From the NCBI GenBank assembly GCA_951406725.2, contig OX597816.1, positions 145,018,001 to 145,082,000 on the forward strand: 64,000 nucleotides of DNA, given 5' to 3'. The notes beneath the pieces were generated by a model. That model made no database searches and was not told the DNA's origin. It saw only the letters and a list, made by a program, of their open reading frames with translations. Below are positions 27,086 to 41,596 of this stretch, in pieces. A program made the position numbers and the translations under genes. Source of the stretch: Octopus vulgaris (taxonomy: Eukaryota). The stretch's first letter is position 1. Each line of letters opens with the position of its first letter.

Positions 27086-27470
27086 TATACACACACACAC
27101 ATATATGTATATATACACACGTACGCATTAATGTATATACTTTTTAAGTACGCACTATCTATACAGTGATTATAAGAGTAAATGATTAATTACAGACGTG
27201 TTTATATTCACCACGCAAGATAAATCAACATAGAATTATATAAAACTATTGTAAATTAGGAAATAAAAACATCGCTAACTCCAATCTTCAATGTTTACCA
27301 CACACACACACACACACACAAACACATGTGCGTGCGCATATTTATGAGTGTGCATGTCTCTCTCTATACATATATGTGTATATGTGTGTGTGTCTATATT
27401 TGTGTGTATATGTATATACAAACACATGTATATACACACACACGCACACACACATATATATACACACATA

Positions 27471-27511
<41 letters not shown>

Positions 27512-28267
27512 ACACACACATATACATATATCTATTACTCTCATGCAAACACATATCACAGCATGTGTATGCGTATGCACGCACGGGTGTATGAATGTGT
27601 GTGCGTTTGGAAGGCCAGTTAATTGGCCGAATTGTTTGAGCCTCAGACAAAATGCTTTGTGGTATTTGTTCCAGTTCATTACACTCTATGTTCAAATGGC
27701 GTGGATGTTAAGTTTGCCTTTCATTGTTTAGGAGCCGTAAATATGTACCAAAACATAGAAGTGTATTGACAAAATTGCTACAACGCCGGAGGGATGCCTT
27801 TACGCATCTACTCGGTTAAGTAACCGATGAGACGGAACTGATGCCAAGTCCAATCACCTTTTCATTTGACTATGTTGTTCAAATATATGTCACTCACCAC
27901 TCTGAATTATTTTGCTTTATTTAAATTATACAAATTACCAAAGACAAATTTATTCTACTCCTTTGAATATGTCTATGTCCCTTGTTTACTAGAGATTAGA
28001 CTGTACAATTGTCATGCTGATGACCGCTACTGAACGAGAAATGCGTGTACCTTAGTATCCTCCTATCTTCAGCAAACAAGCACGTCGTTCTCCTTATTGG
28101 CATGTCAGTTTCTGAGAAATTCTTTATTTTTGAGATTATCACCTGAAATGAAGTGCCATTCGGTAATTATGATATATCGTCTAAAGGTGGAGGTAATTTT
28201 GATAAATTAAAAATTTATGTCGTATGATATTTGAAATATCTGTAATGTTAAATATATTATTTACCTT

Positions 28268-28590
28268 TAACTTGTTTCAGTCATTATGCTGCGACCATGC
28301 TGGGGCACCGCCTTGGAGAACTTTAGCCGAATGAATCAACCTCAGTACTTAGTTTTTAAATTTGGTACTTATTCTATTGCTTAATTCCAGAGGGTAAATA
28401 CACTAACACCGGTTGTCAAGCACACACTCGCACACACACCATGGGCTTCTTTTAGTTTCTGTCTACCAAATCCAATCACAAGGCTACGATCAGCCTGAAG
28501 CTATAGAAGAAATGTGCTCAGGATACTAAGCAGTGGCAACGAACCGGGGAACCATGTGTTAGGGAAGCAAAACTCATTATCACACACCCA
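28268..28590 (-). mobile_element. SINE family A, older degenerate copy
   Basis: Homology to 25223-25480 and 43190-43455. Confidence 0.75.
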
Positions 28591-28858
28591 TGTCTGAACG
28601 ATACCTTATACAGGTTCCACCTTACTGATATCATACTGACATCATCTAGAGCTAAGCTGGTGCAAAATATCTCGAACCAATATGGTTCGAGGGCCAGGAA
28701 TGTGGAAGTACCATGATTTCATGGGCTAGGAAGAAAAGCTCACTGAAATGGTTAAAGCTATTATCCGCATATTCGGTTTTATATCAGTGTCTTTTTCCGA
28801 AAGATATGTTTTAACAAAAGCTGAGGGGTGGCTGATTCGTGGTGGCCGTCCAGCTCAC

Positions 28859-29074
28859 CGAACACCAGCCAGGAATTTCTGAGTTATAAAACTCTGAATA
28901 TTCATTGTAGAGTAATGGAGAAATTTCATATGGTGATAAAAAGCTAAATGATTGGCTTAGTGCTGAGATAAATGCAAAAGTATATAACGTGAAAATATGA
29001 AATAGTATCTCAAGAAGTAATATCTGATGAAAGTCGTCACTGAATAACATGCTCACTGGCAACACATGGCGCAT
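28859..29074 (-). CDS. Candidate first coding exon of an unknown protein with a hydrophobic signal-like segment
   Basis: Acceptor TTTTCTGTAG|, Kozak-like CACCATG, 72 codons of unique sequence (MRHVLPVSMLF..ILLLEILFHIFTLYTFAFISALSQS..IPGWCS), donor TCG|GTGAGC. Confidence 0.3.
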
Positions 29075-29147
29075 GGTGCTACAGAAAACTTGTGTGTGTG
29101 TATATATATGTATATATATATATATATATTTATTTATTTATTTAAAC

Positions 29148-29720
29148 ATAATAAATAACAATAGGGTAATAAGAATTATAGAAATTATTATTACCAGTGG
29201 CCTAGCACAAAACGAATTAGTCATTAGACAATATATTATTCACATAAAAATATCGTGTACATTAAGACACATCAAGAGGCTTCCAAATAGGAAAGCTTAG
29301 TGCTAGAAAGAGCAGTAGAAAACTCAACCCACTAATTAAGGATAAATTCTCGAAAGGAATGAAAATTAAAAACGTTTACCATCTTATTTATTTCCTAGAC
29401 CATGGTTTCTAACTATTTCCAGCCAAAAAATATTCGCTGGGGCCAGTTTTCATCAGTAGGAAAGCCTTTGGATTTCAAATATACAGACAGCCAGATCCAC
29501 GTGTAAAACTAACTGCCTGTATATCCTGACTTTTCAGACCACTGCGCAGAAACAGATTATTTTCGGCGACAGAGAGGATGCCGGTCAAATTTCGAACAAA
29601 TTTATCAAAGAATATTAAAATTTATCCTTAATTAGTGGTTTGAGTTTTTTACTACGCTTTATAGCACTAGGCTTTCCTATTTGGAAGCCTCTTGATGAGT
29701 CTTAATGTACACGATATTTC
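29148..29720 (-). mobile_element. Non-coding HHR-bearing cassette (H2-related) with 100-bp inverted arms
   Basis: Arms 29248-29348 and 29619-29719; shares segments with 26005-26224 and 60134-60752; TA-flanked. Confidence 0.7.
29391..29463 (-). ncRNA. Type-I hammerhead ribozyme, intact core
   Basis: TTTCCTA-CTGATGA-(AACT..CCAGC..GCTGG..AGTT)-GAAAC-CATG-GTC-TAGGAAA: perfect 7-bp stem I and GUC triplet. Confidence 0.85.
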
Positions 29721-29809
<89 letters not shown>

Positions 29810-30034
29810 TTGGACTAATGGGTATATGTCGATTAGTGTGGTGAAGATTTAAGTAGAGCACTGGGGCAGTTTGGGCTACATGGTGTCATCCGCAGTCGGA
29901 GTATATTACCATTGGATTTACTTCAGGAACTAAACTTTTCAAGGCCATACCTCAGCATGACTGCAGTCATATGATTAAACCAAGTAAAAAAAAAACAAGA
30001 TATAATTCTATCTATTATTCAATCAATCAATCAC

Positions 30035-30090
<56 letters not shown>

Positions 30091-30968
30091 CCTATCTGAC
30101 TGTCTGTCTGTCTGTCTGTCTGTCTCTCTGTCCATCTATGCGATCGATTCTAGAGTTATTCCAATTTTCGGCCATATTCTTTCAATTCCAGCTGGCTTAG
30201 TTTTCAAATTCCCTAGAAATTGAGTAAGAAAAGTAATATAAGAAAAACTAAATACCTGTGCATTATGCATATCCTTTTCCTACTAAAGAATACTTTTCCA
30301 AGAATATATACCATGGAGATAATAAGCATCTATTTTGTATATGTGTGATCTATTTTATTTTTCATCTGTGAAACAGCTTAAGCTATCTATTTACTTCCAT
30401 TCAAAATTCTCATAATTGTGACTTTATCTAGTTTATGAGTACTCTTTGCTCTAATTAGACACTACGATATATTCTCACTGCGTACACTCTCTATATGGTG
30501 AATGCGCCTTTATATGTTTGATTATTATTATGAAAGTTGTGATATTTATTGACGTAATTTGAAACATAAGGCAAAAGTTTTGATTTCGGTCGACAAATAT
30601 GGGAAGATTCATAGTTTATTTTCCAAATCTTGCTGACGCTACTCTATATAATATTCAGCCATCACATTAGAACTAGTAACGTTATTTTTCTACTGATGAA
30701 GGCTGAAGTTATGCTCGGGGTGCTTGGTCTTTTTACCAGAAACACATCACTTTTTCTAAGAACACTAAGTATGTATAATATTTATTTGTATATATGTACA
30801 GAATGCTTTATTTTCTTCGTGTCAAAAACACTTTAATCTCTCTTTACATTTCTAAACATAATTCTCAAAAGTAAAAACAAATTCCAATTTCTTAGAGTTC
30901 TTTGGCAAAATTAATACACCAAGATAATATTCTCATTGCAGCTTTAAGATATTTGCCAAGATATATAC

Positions 30969-31057
<89 letters not shown>

Positions 31058-32248
31058 CATATAGATATATACATATATATATATATATGTATGTATGTAT
31101 ATACATATACATACTCATGCACACACACACATGTATAAACATACGTACGTAAAATTCCTTTAATATGTGGCACTAAAAATTTGAAAAACAAACAAGTAAT
31201 CATAAACAAATAAAGCAACACATGTACACACAGATCGATCGATCCGTCTCTCCATTCACCTATCAATCAATCAAACAATGATTTCAAAGAAAAAGTAATA
31301 CAATAATATAAAATGGATGAAAGAAACAAAGACAATGTTAAGGCGAGAGAAGAGATGAACATGGAAGAGTTCTTTTTGTTTTGAAATAAAACTAATGGTT
31401 AGACAACTAAAGAACCTTAGAAAACAGAAGTCTCTGGTTTCTCACTATATATACACAATCACACTTACAGGAACACACAATCTCGCACTTAATCAGAATG
31501 ACACAAACATACAGCATTCAATCTCACATATACTAACAGATGCGCATAAAAGTAAAATCGTTCTCTTTTGTTGCTTCTTCTTCATTTTGTGAACATTGTC
31601 TTGGTTTTTTTTTTTTATTCAATAAGAAAATCTAAAACAGAAAATACGAAACAAGTCTCTAGTAAACCGAAGATAAAAGCAATAAAGCTATCTAACAATA
31701 TATTTTTATTACACTATATTATATATATTTTATATTCCATCTTATTCTATGTTTTATTTGAGACTTATATATATCTGGCTGATATTTTTTTGTTGATTTT
31801 TTTGTTATGTATTTAATATTTACTCTTTAATGTTTAGATTTTGCTTGCTTGTGTCTTTGCCTCCTTTTAGTAGCCCAATAAAAGATATGGTACTGATATA
31901 CCCGTTCAAGCAGAGAGGAAAAAAAGAGAGAGAGACAGAGAGAAACTGACAAACAGACTGACACAGAAAAAAAGAGAGGTATAGAAGGAAAGAAGAGAGT
32001 GAGAGAGTGAGATCATAACTTGCAGAAAATGCATACACATAAAAACTTAAACGCAATAACCCAGAAAAACACTCGGGAAAATACAGGAATATATAACAAT
32101 AAAAGCAAATAAATACACACACACACACACACAGGAGAAGAAGGGAGAGAGAGAAAAAGAGAGGCGGGGGTGTAGTACTGAGTGAGTGAAAAGAAAATAA
32201 GTGGAAAGGGAAACACGATAGTGGTTGTTTGGTGAATATGTATATGCA

Positions 32249-32295
<47 letters not shown>

Positions 32296-32308
32296 ATACC
32301 ACAACCAC

Positions 32309-32350
<42 letters not shown>

Positions 32351-32561
32351 CCATGCACAAATACACTAATGCATTCATTCTCATGTAAATTCAATCATTG
32401 TAACCTGCAGATGTATCACTCTCTTCTTTATATGTTTGGCATATACGTTTTGATTCTCCGTTATACTTTCATAATACCAACAACTCTCACAAACACACAT
32501 ATGTGTGGCACATACATACCTACATACATATGTGTGTGTTTGGCTATAAGTATGTATATAC

Positions 32562-32595
<34 letters not shown>

Positions 32596-32683
32596 TATAC
32601 ATGTATATTTACGTACATGTAAGCTACATATATTATCACATTATAATCATGATTATTATCACATGTATGTATATACATATATA

Positions 32684-32777
<94 letters not shown>

Positions 32778-32786
32778 CATATACAT

Positions 32787-32842
<56 letters not shown>

Positions 32843-33567
32843 GCATGTATGTGCATGGATATCTATATCTATATTTGTATCAGAGTAAATGCACGTATGC
32901 GTATCATTTATTCATATGTTATGATAAGGTGCAAGATTTCGCCTTCGTGAGCAGAAATGCAATATATTTTGGAAACTTTATCTCAACTTGTATCCATTAG
33001 CTATATTAATTTTTTTTTAATCTTTTATCTTTATATTTAACTTACCTTCCCATTCCAGATCTATTTATTCCATATTCCTACGTTTTGGCATTAGTGCTTG
33101 TACGATGTTTCCTTTTGATTTCAGTCGTCGGTTCCTGTACTATCTTTGCTTAGTAGGCGTCGATAGATTGGTTGTTGAATTTGGTCACGTTTATTCCCAT
33201 GATTCTAGTTTATGGTCATTTTTTCATGAATGGTCTAAGTCTTTGATGCTGTCATATTACTGTTATTTTCCTGAGTAATCTCGATTTATTTTCGCTTTCT
33301 GTCTCATAGCTTGCAAGGTTTACTCTGTTATGGCTGTGGTGTAAAATTTCGCCGTCGGGTGTTGTTCTAGTTGTTAGTTATAGGTCGACAGTACTAGGCT
33401 GTGAACCGTAACTATTATGGTCATCATGCTCCTTCTTTCTGGGATAGAAAGTATCCGAATATTGTTAATTTTCCATCATGATCATCACATTTCACCTCCC
33501 TGTACTCCTCCTCACCGCCATATATATATATATATATGAAAATAAATAAATATATATATATATATAA

Positions 33568-33691
<124 letters not shown>

Positions 33692-34289
33692 TTAGAGACA
33701 AAACCACTATTTTGCAAAACAAACAAGGAAAGATTTAATCAATACATAAAATTTTAATAAAAAGTAAAAAAAAGTTAAAAAAGTAAAAAAAGTAAAAAAA
33801 AGTAAAAAAAAGTAAGATGGTGAGGAGTACGCATCATTATCACCATTACCATCGACATCTTATGACTATTCATGACTTTTACCATTATCATATATTCTTC
33901 CGCTTAACCTTGTTCTCTCGTCACATCTTTCCTGGCTATTCTTTGTGTGGTAGTGAACATTATTGTCAGTATCATTTTTAAAGATTTGTTTCTTCATGTT
34001 CATCGGCAAGATTGCAATAAACTTTACCGGAAAAATCAAAGAAATCTTTAAAGTGCGGTACTATTGAATAAATAGAATACAGACAGAAAAAATATTAAAA
34101 TTAATGTTTCTCAAACCACCTCTCTCTCCTCTTATCATCTTATATACCTATGTTGCAAAGCATTTTGCTTAATACTGTACTAAAAGCCTTGCGGGTTTTA
34201 GTTGAATCATTTTACGTTCTGAATGAAAACAGGTATTGGCTTTGGATTCAGTTAATCATATTGATCTCCTGACTACAAGTATTCAAATG

Positions 34290-34840
34290 AAGTCAATTCA
34301 ATCCGCTACATACCTGAAGCAACAACTTCATGTTGCTGTTTCCGGTCATCAAGGATATCCTCTCTTGTTGCTTGTGTAAGTACTGGCTTGCAAAGCATTG
34401 AGTGTTATCCAGCCTGAAGTGGGAGGCGTGTGAGGATAATGTCATCGAAATGGTGTAGGACGCCACGGAAGTGGAGTTGGTCGGCATCTAAAACGAATGT
34501 GAGGCGATGGCAGCGGCAAAGGCAAATCTCGTGAAGTCGGTGGACTTAAAACGTGACACTTGCTGAGATAGGTATGTGAAGTCGAACAACGTGGGACGCT
34601 GGCCAGGTGTACCAGTTAAACTGCTCAGAGTCTGGTTCGATCTGTAACTCCACGTGGACTGGAACTGAAACTAGATTACTGCCTGACTCATAACTGGGGT
34701 ACAAGGAAGCTATCCCTTTAAGGTGAAGATAAAGTAGCTAATACATTCATTGTCTCTGCTCCTAAGCCCTCTGGTAGGTGAGTCCAGCATGTGTAGACAC
34801 CTGCTGAAGATGATCTCGATTTGTATTTCACGCTCTAACG
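34290..34840 (+). mobile_element. Tx1/L1-clade LINE RT relic
   Basis: Decayed QGYPL..VLA..L, AKANLVKSVDLK, PVKLLRVWF, RKLSL.G..VANTF. Confidence 0.65.
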
Positions 34841-34967
34841 AAGGTTATATTTTTATTGGAGCTGCATTCTATGGTCAACAAGAGAAAAAAATAGGTGATG
34901 GTATCTGTAGTGTCCTCAGCCAATCTCTAATAGGCAGACAATTAAGTCTGTGGAAATTATACTGTAG

Positions 34968-35041
<74 letters not shown>

Positions 35042-35593
35042 GAAAATGTGTGAGATACTTGGTATAGTGAGGTATATTTGAAAAAAGAAAATGAATAACT
35101 TCACTAGCATTTCTAATCAGTTTAATTTATTATTTTTTTAATAATATAATCTTTACTTCATACATCTAGTAAATTCTTTGTTAACTTGGGCGTGGAGAAT
35201 GTTTTTAAAAGTTCCTTGTCAACTTTTTGGGAGAATTTTCTTGCATTGGTTATCAAGCAGATCTGAGGATTTGGGGCTTTGTGGTCCTATATGGGATTTG
35301 ATTGTGTTTGAGGGTGGGTTTGGTTTTTTTAAATCAGTGTGGGAGTGAAAGTAGTGAATGGTCGATACAATACTTGATTGGGAATGGAATTGAGAGGTGG
35401 TGGGGTGTTACAGAAGTGTTTTGTGAAGCCATTTGAATAGTTGGTCTTTCGTCAGAAATCTAATGACCAGATGTTTTTCCAATTTCTTTCTATTAGTAAT
35501 TTTCTATGTTTCAGATGTGTGTTTGGGGTGGTGGTGTTAATGAGGTGTAAGATACATGTCTTTTGATAAAAATGCTTGTTGATAGAAGTGTTT

Positions 35594-35648
<55 letters not shown>

Positions 35649-35650
<2 letters not shown>

Positions 35651-35918
35651 AGGTGCAATGGCCCAGTTGTTAGGGCAGTGGACTTGCGGTTGTAGGATAG
35701 CCGTTTATTCAGCGAAAACACCTAAAGCTCCACGATCTCCGGTAGAGGGTGGTGGCGATCCCTGCAGTACTCATTAGCCACAACATTCTCTCACTCTTTC
35801 TTCTGTTGGCCTGCTCGCTTAGCCAGCGGAGTGGCGTCATTTCAAGGCAAAAACAATGCGAAGCGCATTATGACCAGCGATGTGTAGCAACATCTGATAG
35901 CCACGGTGATCACGGTGA
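35649..35918 (+). mobile_element. tRNA-derived SINE (family C1)
   Basis: Head GGAGGTGCAATGGCCCAGTTGTTAGGGCAGTGGACTTGCGG with A-box; shares its 5' part with 47672-48048. Confidence 0.8.
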
Positions 35919-36769
35919 TATATATATATATTGGTTTGGAAGAGGAGGTGGGGAGGTCATGCTAGCTCATATATTTTTTCAGCTAGTACGATCTCTCCCA
36001 TCTCCCCTCCCAAACCAATATATATATATAATATAAAACACTTCTATCAACAAACATTTTCATCAAAAGACATGTATCTTACACCTCATTAACACCATCA
36101 TCCCAGATACACCTAAAACATAGAAAATTACTAAAAGAAAGGATCTGGAAAAACATCTGGTCCTATGCATGTAGCTGTGTTGAAGTTGGTTTATATATAT
36201 TTTACGTCTACTATTTTGCTTGTGGCGCTGGGTGTTGCCTCAGCTATATTGTTGTCAGTATCATTGTCAGCTATATTGTTGTCAGTATCTTTTATTATTT
36301 GAGGTTTTGGTTGTCCTTGTGAGGTTACAACTGTTATAATTTCTGTTCACTTTTGTAAAGTACCTAGCCTAAAAGTGGTTTTCGTTATAAATAAAATAGA
36401 GAACAACTTGTTGATGGTTTGATTTTTGTTATTTTTTGTTATCACTGGCAATAAGTTTCTTGATGATATTGCTGTTATTACTCTTAATTTTCTTCATACA
36501 CTCATAGCTATGGTTCAAAAAGTTGTTTCAGTCTCAACGCACGTGGCCACTGCTAAATTCCACCGAAATCCTTTTGAGTGAATACCTTTTTTCGAGACAA
36601 GTAAAAGGTAGTTGTTATTATGGCGAGAAGGAAAATAGAAATATAAAACTCATTCTATCCTCAAAGACGGAAGCCTGAATAAAACTGCAGAATGCCCATA
36701 ACTCAGCATCCTCGTACAACATCTAATATCTACACTTAATACGGAACGACACCACCAGCAAAAGTAACA

Positions 36770-37050
36770 ACAGTGCTGGTCGCCTTCCATGCCATGCCGC
36801 CCTTAATAAAATCATAAAACATGGCCTTGACGCCGCAGGTTTCCCTTCCCAGCACTGGCCAGCGGGACTAGATTGAAGGGACGGTAACAGGCCTGACGGT
36901 ATGACAATTTCCCAAACCCTGCTCACAGATATCAGGGTAAAGATGTTTGTCCGTAAGTGTGAGTCCTGTGAGTTAGAGTGGCGGCTGTTCCAGCGCATCT
37001 CCGTCACCATCCTCCGGGACAACGCCTTTTTATTTTGTCTGCTGAGAGCA
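36770..37050 (+). mobile_element. CRE-type LINE restriction-like endonuclease relic, internally deleted
   Basis: AGRLPCHAALNKIIKHGLDAAGFPS..GLD*RDGNRPDGMT...LFQRISVTILRDNA. Confidence 0.7.
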
Positions 37051-38229
37051 TGAGGCGGTCTGACTTACAGGAAATTGTACGTTCCGCTCCTTGATGTAAA
37101 ATTACTTCATACATATATGACGCCAACAGGAAAATATATAATCAGGAAAATGTCTACAGGAAATAAATCAATAAAAACATTATTTTTCTTAATTATATCC
37201 GCTCAAGAATTTGTATAAGTGAAATTTATCTAGCTCTGATTTATCTATTCTCCTTTATGCAATTCCATAGCGTCTGTCAAGTTTGGCAGCCTGTCTCATT
37301 GTATACAATACATCTTCAAATTTCTGTCAGAGCTATTCGCATTTGTCGTACAAGTAGGATGTCACTTACCGTCCTCTAAATAGCTGCAACACATTTTAAT
37401 AATCTGAAATTCAATTTTTTTTTCATGATGTAAATACTTTTCCACTATAGTGTTCATCATTGTCTGCAGAGATTTTAGTTACTTTTTACTGTTGCATGTT
37501 TGTTTTGCATTTCATTTCCCTCTTATCGTTCATTTCCCTCTTATCCTTTCATCGTTCTGATCTCTCCTTCGCCTAACTCTACTTCTCTAACGCTCAGACG
37601 AGTGAAGAGAAACACTTTACTTTTAGGTATTTCTTCTCAATATTGTTCTCATGGTTATCGTGTTTTCATTGACATTTTAATATATAACATTCTAAGTTGA
37701 CAATTGCACCTCTGTATACATCTGCTTAGCTCTTAATATCCCTGCTTGTATTGTCATTTGATATTAATAATGTTTCATCTCTTAGTTATCTAACAAACAC
37801 GACATCCTCCGTGAGAATTCTTTGAAAGATTTAATCAAGTAATTCTAGATTTGATTTGCTGTATTGAATCACACGCATCACATATCCTGCCATTGTATTT
37901 ACTCTGAAGTTTATGACATTCATTAGATATTCCATTCATTATATCTTGTGGCAATGGACTACTCTTATATGTCAAATAATCGTCTGTATGTTGCACCATT
38001 CGGCAGGATGTTTGCCTTCAGGTCAGTGCTATTTGTTCTAATTATATGAAGAGCATTAATTTTGTAGAAGGCTTGACTCTTGTAAAGGTATATCGTTCTG
38101 GTTGTTTCCCAAAGTGCAATTAATGTATCCGTTTGTGCTTTTGCCTTATGTTTAAATATTTGTTCGAAACCTAATTCAGCGAACCTTGTTGCTTCCCTGA
38201 TAATCAATTATACCTTGTAGGATCATTGA

Positions 38230-39000
38230 TAAGAAAATCATGTAGCAGATCCCCTCGTTAGTTTGAAAGGTAGAAAAGAGTGTGAACAACACGCTTCTTA
38301 AAATTAATACCCAATAGTCTTTGGATATTGGATTTACGTACTGTAACACGATTTTTCTAGTATTTCTAATGTTGAAATCTATAGAATTTTAGGTAAGTCA
38401 CGCCTCTGGGCAATGTTAAGGAATTACATATTAAAGCAGTCATTAAAACTATTTTTACATCGCTTAGTTGTTCTTTTTGCTATTGAAAAGGAATTTTAAC
38501 CTGTTTTCGACTATGTCAAAACAAACATTTCTCATTCATAAAAATCCAGTTTACCAAGCTCCTCTATTATCTTCTTTCCATAGAATTATAAATCATCTCC
38601 CCGAATTGGCTGTCTTTTTTCTATTTATCATAATGTAAATATTTATCCAGTCCATATGATATTTTCATATGCTTTCTCAATACTGAAGAGCCAGGGGAAA
38701 CTTTTAACATGTAATTTAATATCATCTATGAAGAGAAGATAATGAATGATTCAGGTTCTTCCATTCTTTATGTCCAAATCTAGGGTAACAAGCGGAAATG
38801 ATATCAAAACTGCACGTACAATCACACAGGTATATATCTCAGGAGATATTTTTGCGTGATTTGGGCTTATGATCATGGTGTGGCTTAGTACTGTAAAAAA
38901 GTATCTACCAGAAGACGTCGTCATGGATACTTATATCATAAAGTTGGTACTGACAGACTATAAATGGTGAAGAGAAAAGGCCTGATCCAAATAGAAAATA
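38230..39000 (-). mobile_element. R4/Dong-like LINE RT relic (probably continuing at ~36200-36700)
   Basis: IHYLLFIDDIKLH (~38705-38750), MKISYGLDK (~38640-38670); ETETTF..NNSNIIKKLI at ~36450-36535. Confidence 0.55.
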
Positions 39001-39454
39001 ATCTGTTTGTAACTTTTGTAGGATATTAAAAATTAGAAATACGACAATATAAATAGCATTTTCCTTGAATTTAAGTAAGCAATAAAATACAGGCTATAAG
39101 TTAACTTTAGCAACGAAAAATGTTTAAGCATAACAGGAAACAGAAACACAATTTCAAAAGACAAATTTAAAACAAAACCTAAACCTAAAAATAGAAACAA
39201 AATTTAAAAATCGGAAGTAAAACAATTGCTTGGTAAATATTCGGGGAAACTAGACAAAGAGGACGTAAGGAAATAAATATTATAGTCCACAATGACTATA
39301 ATAAAAGCGAAGTTTGTTTCTCAGCGGCTCAGGATCAATGGTTAACTTCACCTGAAAAAAAAATATACATCCGTAGATTAACAACACCGATTTTTTTACA
39401 ATCAAAATAAGAGATAAATGATTGCATCCTTCCTGGCTTTAGTTCTTGTGGGAG

Positions 39455-39493
<39 letters not shown>

Positions 39494-39523
39494 ATATATA
39501 TATATATATATATATACATACAC

Positions 39524-39589
<66 letters not shown>

Positions 39590-39814
39590 ATATTGGACAT
39601 ATTACTACTACTACTAAACTTGGCCATAGAAATGCACGTGACTGCTTTTCACTATTCAATTCTCGCCACAATCTCACTATCCTCACACCTTACTTTCTGT
39701 TTATAAAGGAAATTGAATGTTTTCCTTTCACTTAAGATACAGGATATCTCGGGCCCTACACAAAAGTTTTTGAAACTTAGTAACGTAAATATCTATAATA
39801 CTATTATCAAATAT

Positions 39815-39948
39815 TATGACAGTTGCTTCCAAACCACATGGTTACAGGTTCAGTCCGACCGCGTGGCAGTTTGGGCAAGTGTCTTCTACTATAGCCTCGA
39901 GCTGACCAAAGCCTTGTGAGTGGATTTCGCAGACGGATACTGAAGCCC

Positions 39949-39950
<2 letters not shown>
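39815..39950 (+). mobile_element. SINE family A, 5' part
   Basis: AACCACATGGTT..GGTTCAGTCC..TTGGGCAAGTGTCTTCTACTATAGCCTCG (B-box-like and CORE-like segments). Confidence 0.8.
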
Positions 39951-40013
<63 letters not shown>

Positions 40014-40263
40014 ATCCCTCGCCATATCACGGTTTAATATTTAAGCTTACGTCGATTCCTCTGTAGTGTTGTTTTGAATCTATGATAAAATAAATACATA
40101 GAAATTATAAAGGCAATAAAAAATGTACAGTACTCTTTCTACTTCGCGGATTATGACCTATCGCGGGGTGGGGGTTGGAACGTAACACCCACGAAAGTCG
40201 AGGAGGGATTACGTACATAACAAATAAGAAAGTGGTACAACAATATACAAATATTTACTGGAA

Positions 40264-40294
<31 letters not shown>

Positions 40295-41284
40295 TGTATA
40301 TATATATGTATATATATATGTGTGTAAAATACAAAATTGAGACAAGAACGCAAAACATCCAGATAATTAGGTGATACAAAAAAGGAGCAACAAAACATCC
40401 GGGCAGACGATACAAAAAAAACAAGGACGGGTCATTCGGGAGATTGCTCCAATCTGGTCAGCCTCAAGGAAAAACTAAGCTAAGAGCATTAGATTTCTTG
40501 AAAGACAGCAGCAAATGTATACAACAAGGACGAAAACAAAAACGGAGAAATGTTACAGAAATACAAATGCAAATAACAGGACATAACAACAGGTGTCTTT
40601 CGACTAAGGACAAGCGCAGGGAGGAATATAGCTATTGCATGGATGGTAGTCTAACCAAGAAAGAAAGGCCAGGCTTGGCCGAACACCGGCCACGTGGGAA
40701 GAGAAGAGAGAGAGGTAGAGGCAGAAGGACAGAAGAATTAAGGAGGGGCGAGAAAAAATGAAAGGGACACAATGAAGTGAAAGAGGAGGGAAAGTGAGCT
40801 TGAAGAGAAGGCCAGGAATTGTGAGAGAGAGGGAACGAAAGAATGAAGAGTGGAATGAACGAAGTATGAAAGGGCTGATAGAAAGAAGGAAAATGAAAGA
40901 ATAGAAAGAATAATAAAGCCGAACAAAATTTATATATATATATATAATAATAATATTAGGGAGTATAACTCGAAAACTTACAGGGAAAAATTCAATTTTG
41001 TATTGAATCGAATTTCACAATATAAATATATAATATATATAAACTAGAGAAAAACCACTATTATGCAATTCAAACAATGATAGACATAAACTAAATCATA
41101 AATAAAAAATAAAATATATTTTAAAACATATAACTGGATCTTTTCACTTATTATATATTGTTTATTCATTTTTGTACTTTTTGCGATCTGGTTATATGTT
41201 TAAAAATATATTTGGTTTATGTCTATCATTGTTTGAATTGAATAATAGTGTTTTTTCTCTAATTTTCATATATATATATATATA

Positions 41285-41331
<47 letters not shown>

Positions 41332-41470
41332 GTGTGTATACTTACATATAAGAGACGAAAGTGTACGTACTCCACTACATTTTTATATATAAAAATGCAA
41401 AAATGGGACAAGAACGCAAAACATCCAGACAGTTACGTGATGCAAAAATATATGTATGTATAAATATATG

Positions 41471-41533
<63 letters not shown>

Positions 41534-41596
41534 GTATATATATGTATATATATATGTATGTATATTCAAGTATATAATTATAAAATATAATTATAA

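Noticed and set aside
28784-28813. In-frame NISFGKRH after the TAA of ORF 28811-29074 (amidated neuropeptide-like)
   Set aside because: Lies beyond a stop codon and a likely splice donor; a short motif that could easily arise by chance
30690-30750. CTGATGA...GAAACACATC hammerhead-like pair
   Set aside because: No convincing stem I or NUH triplet
33768-33815. (AAAAAAAGT)n array
   Set aside because: Simple minisatellite
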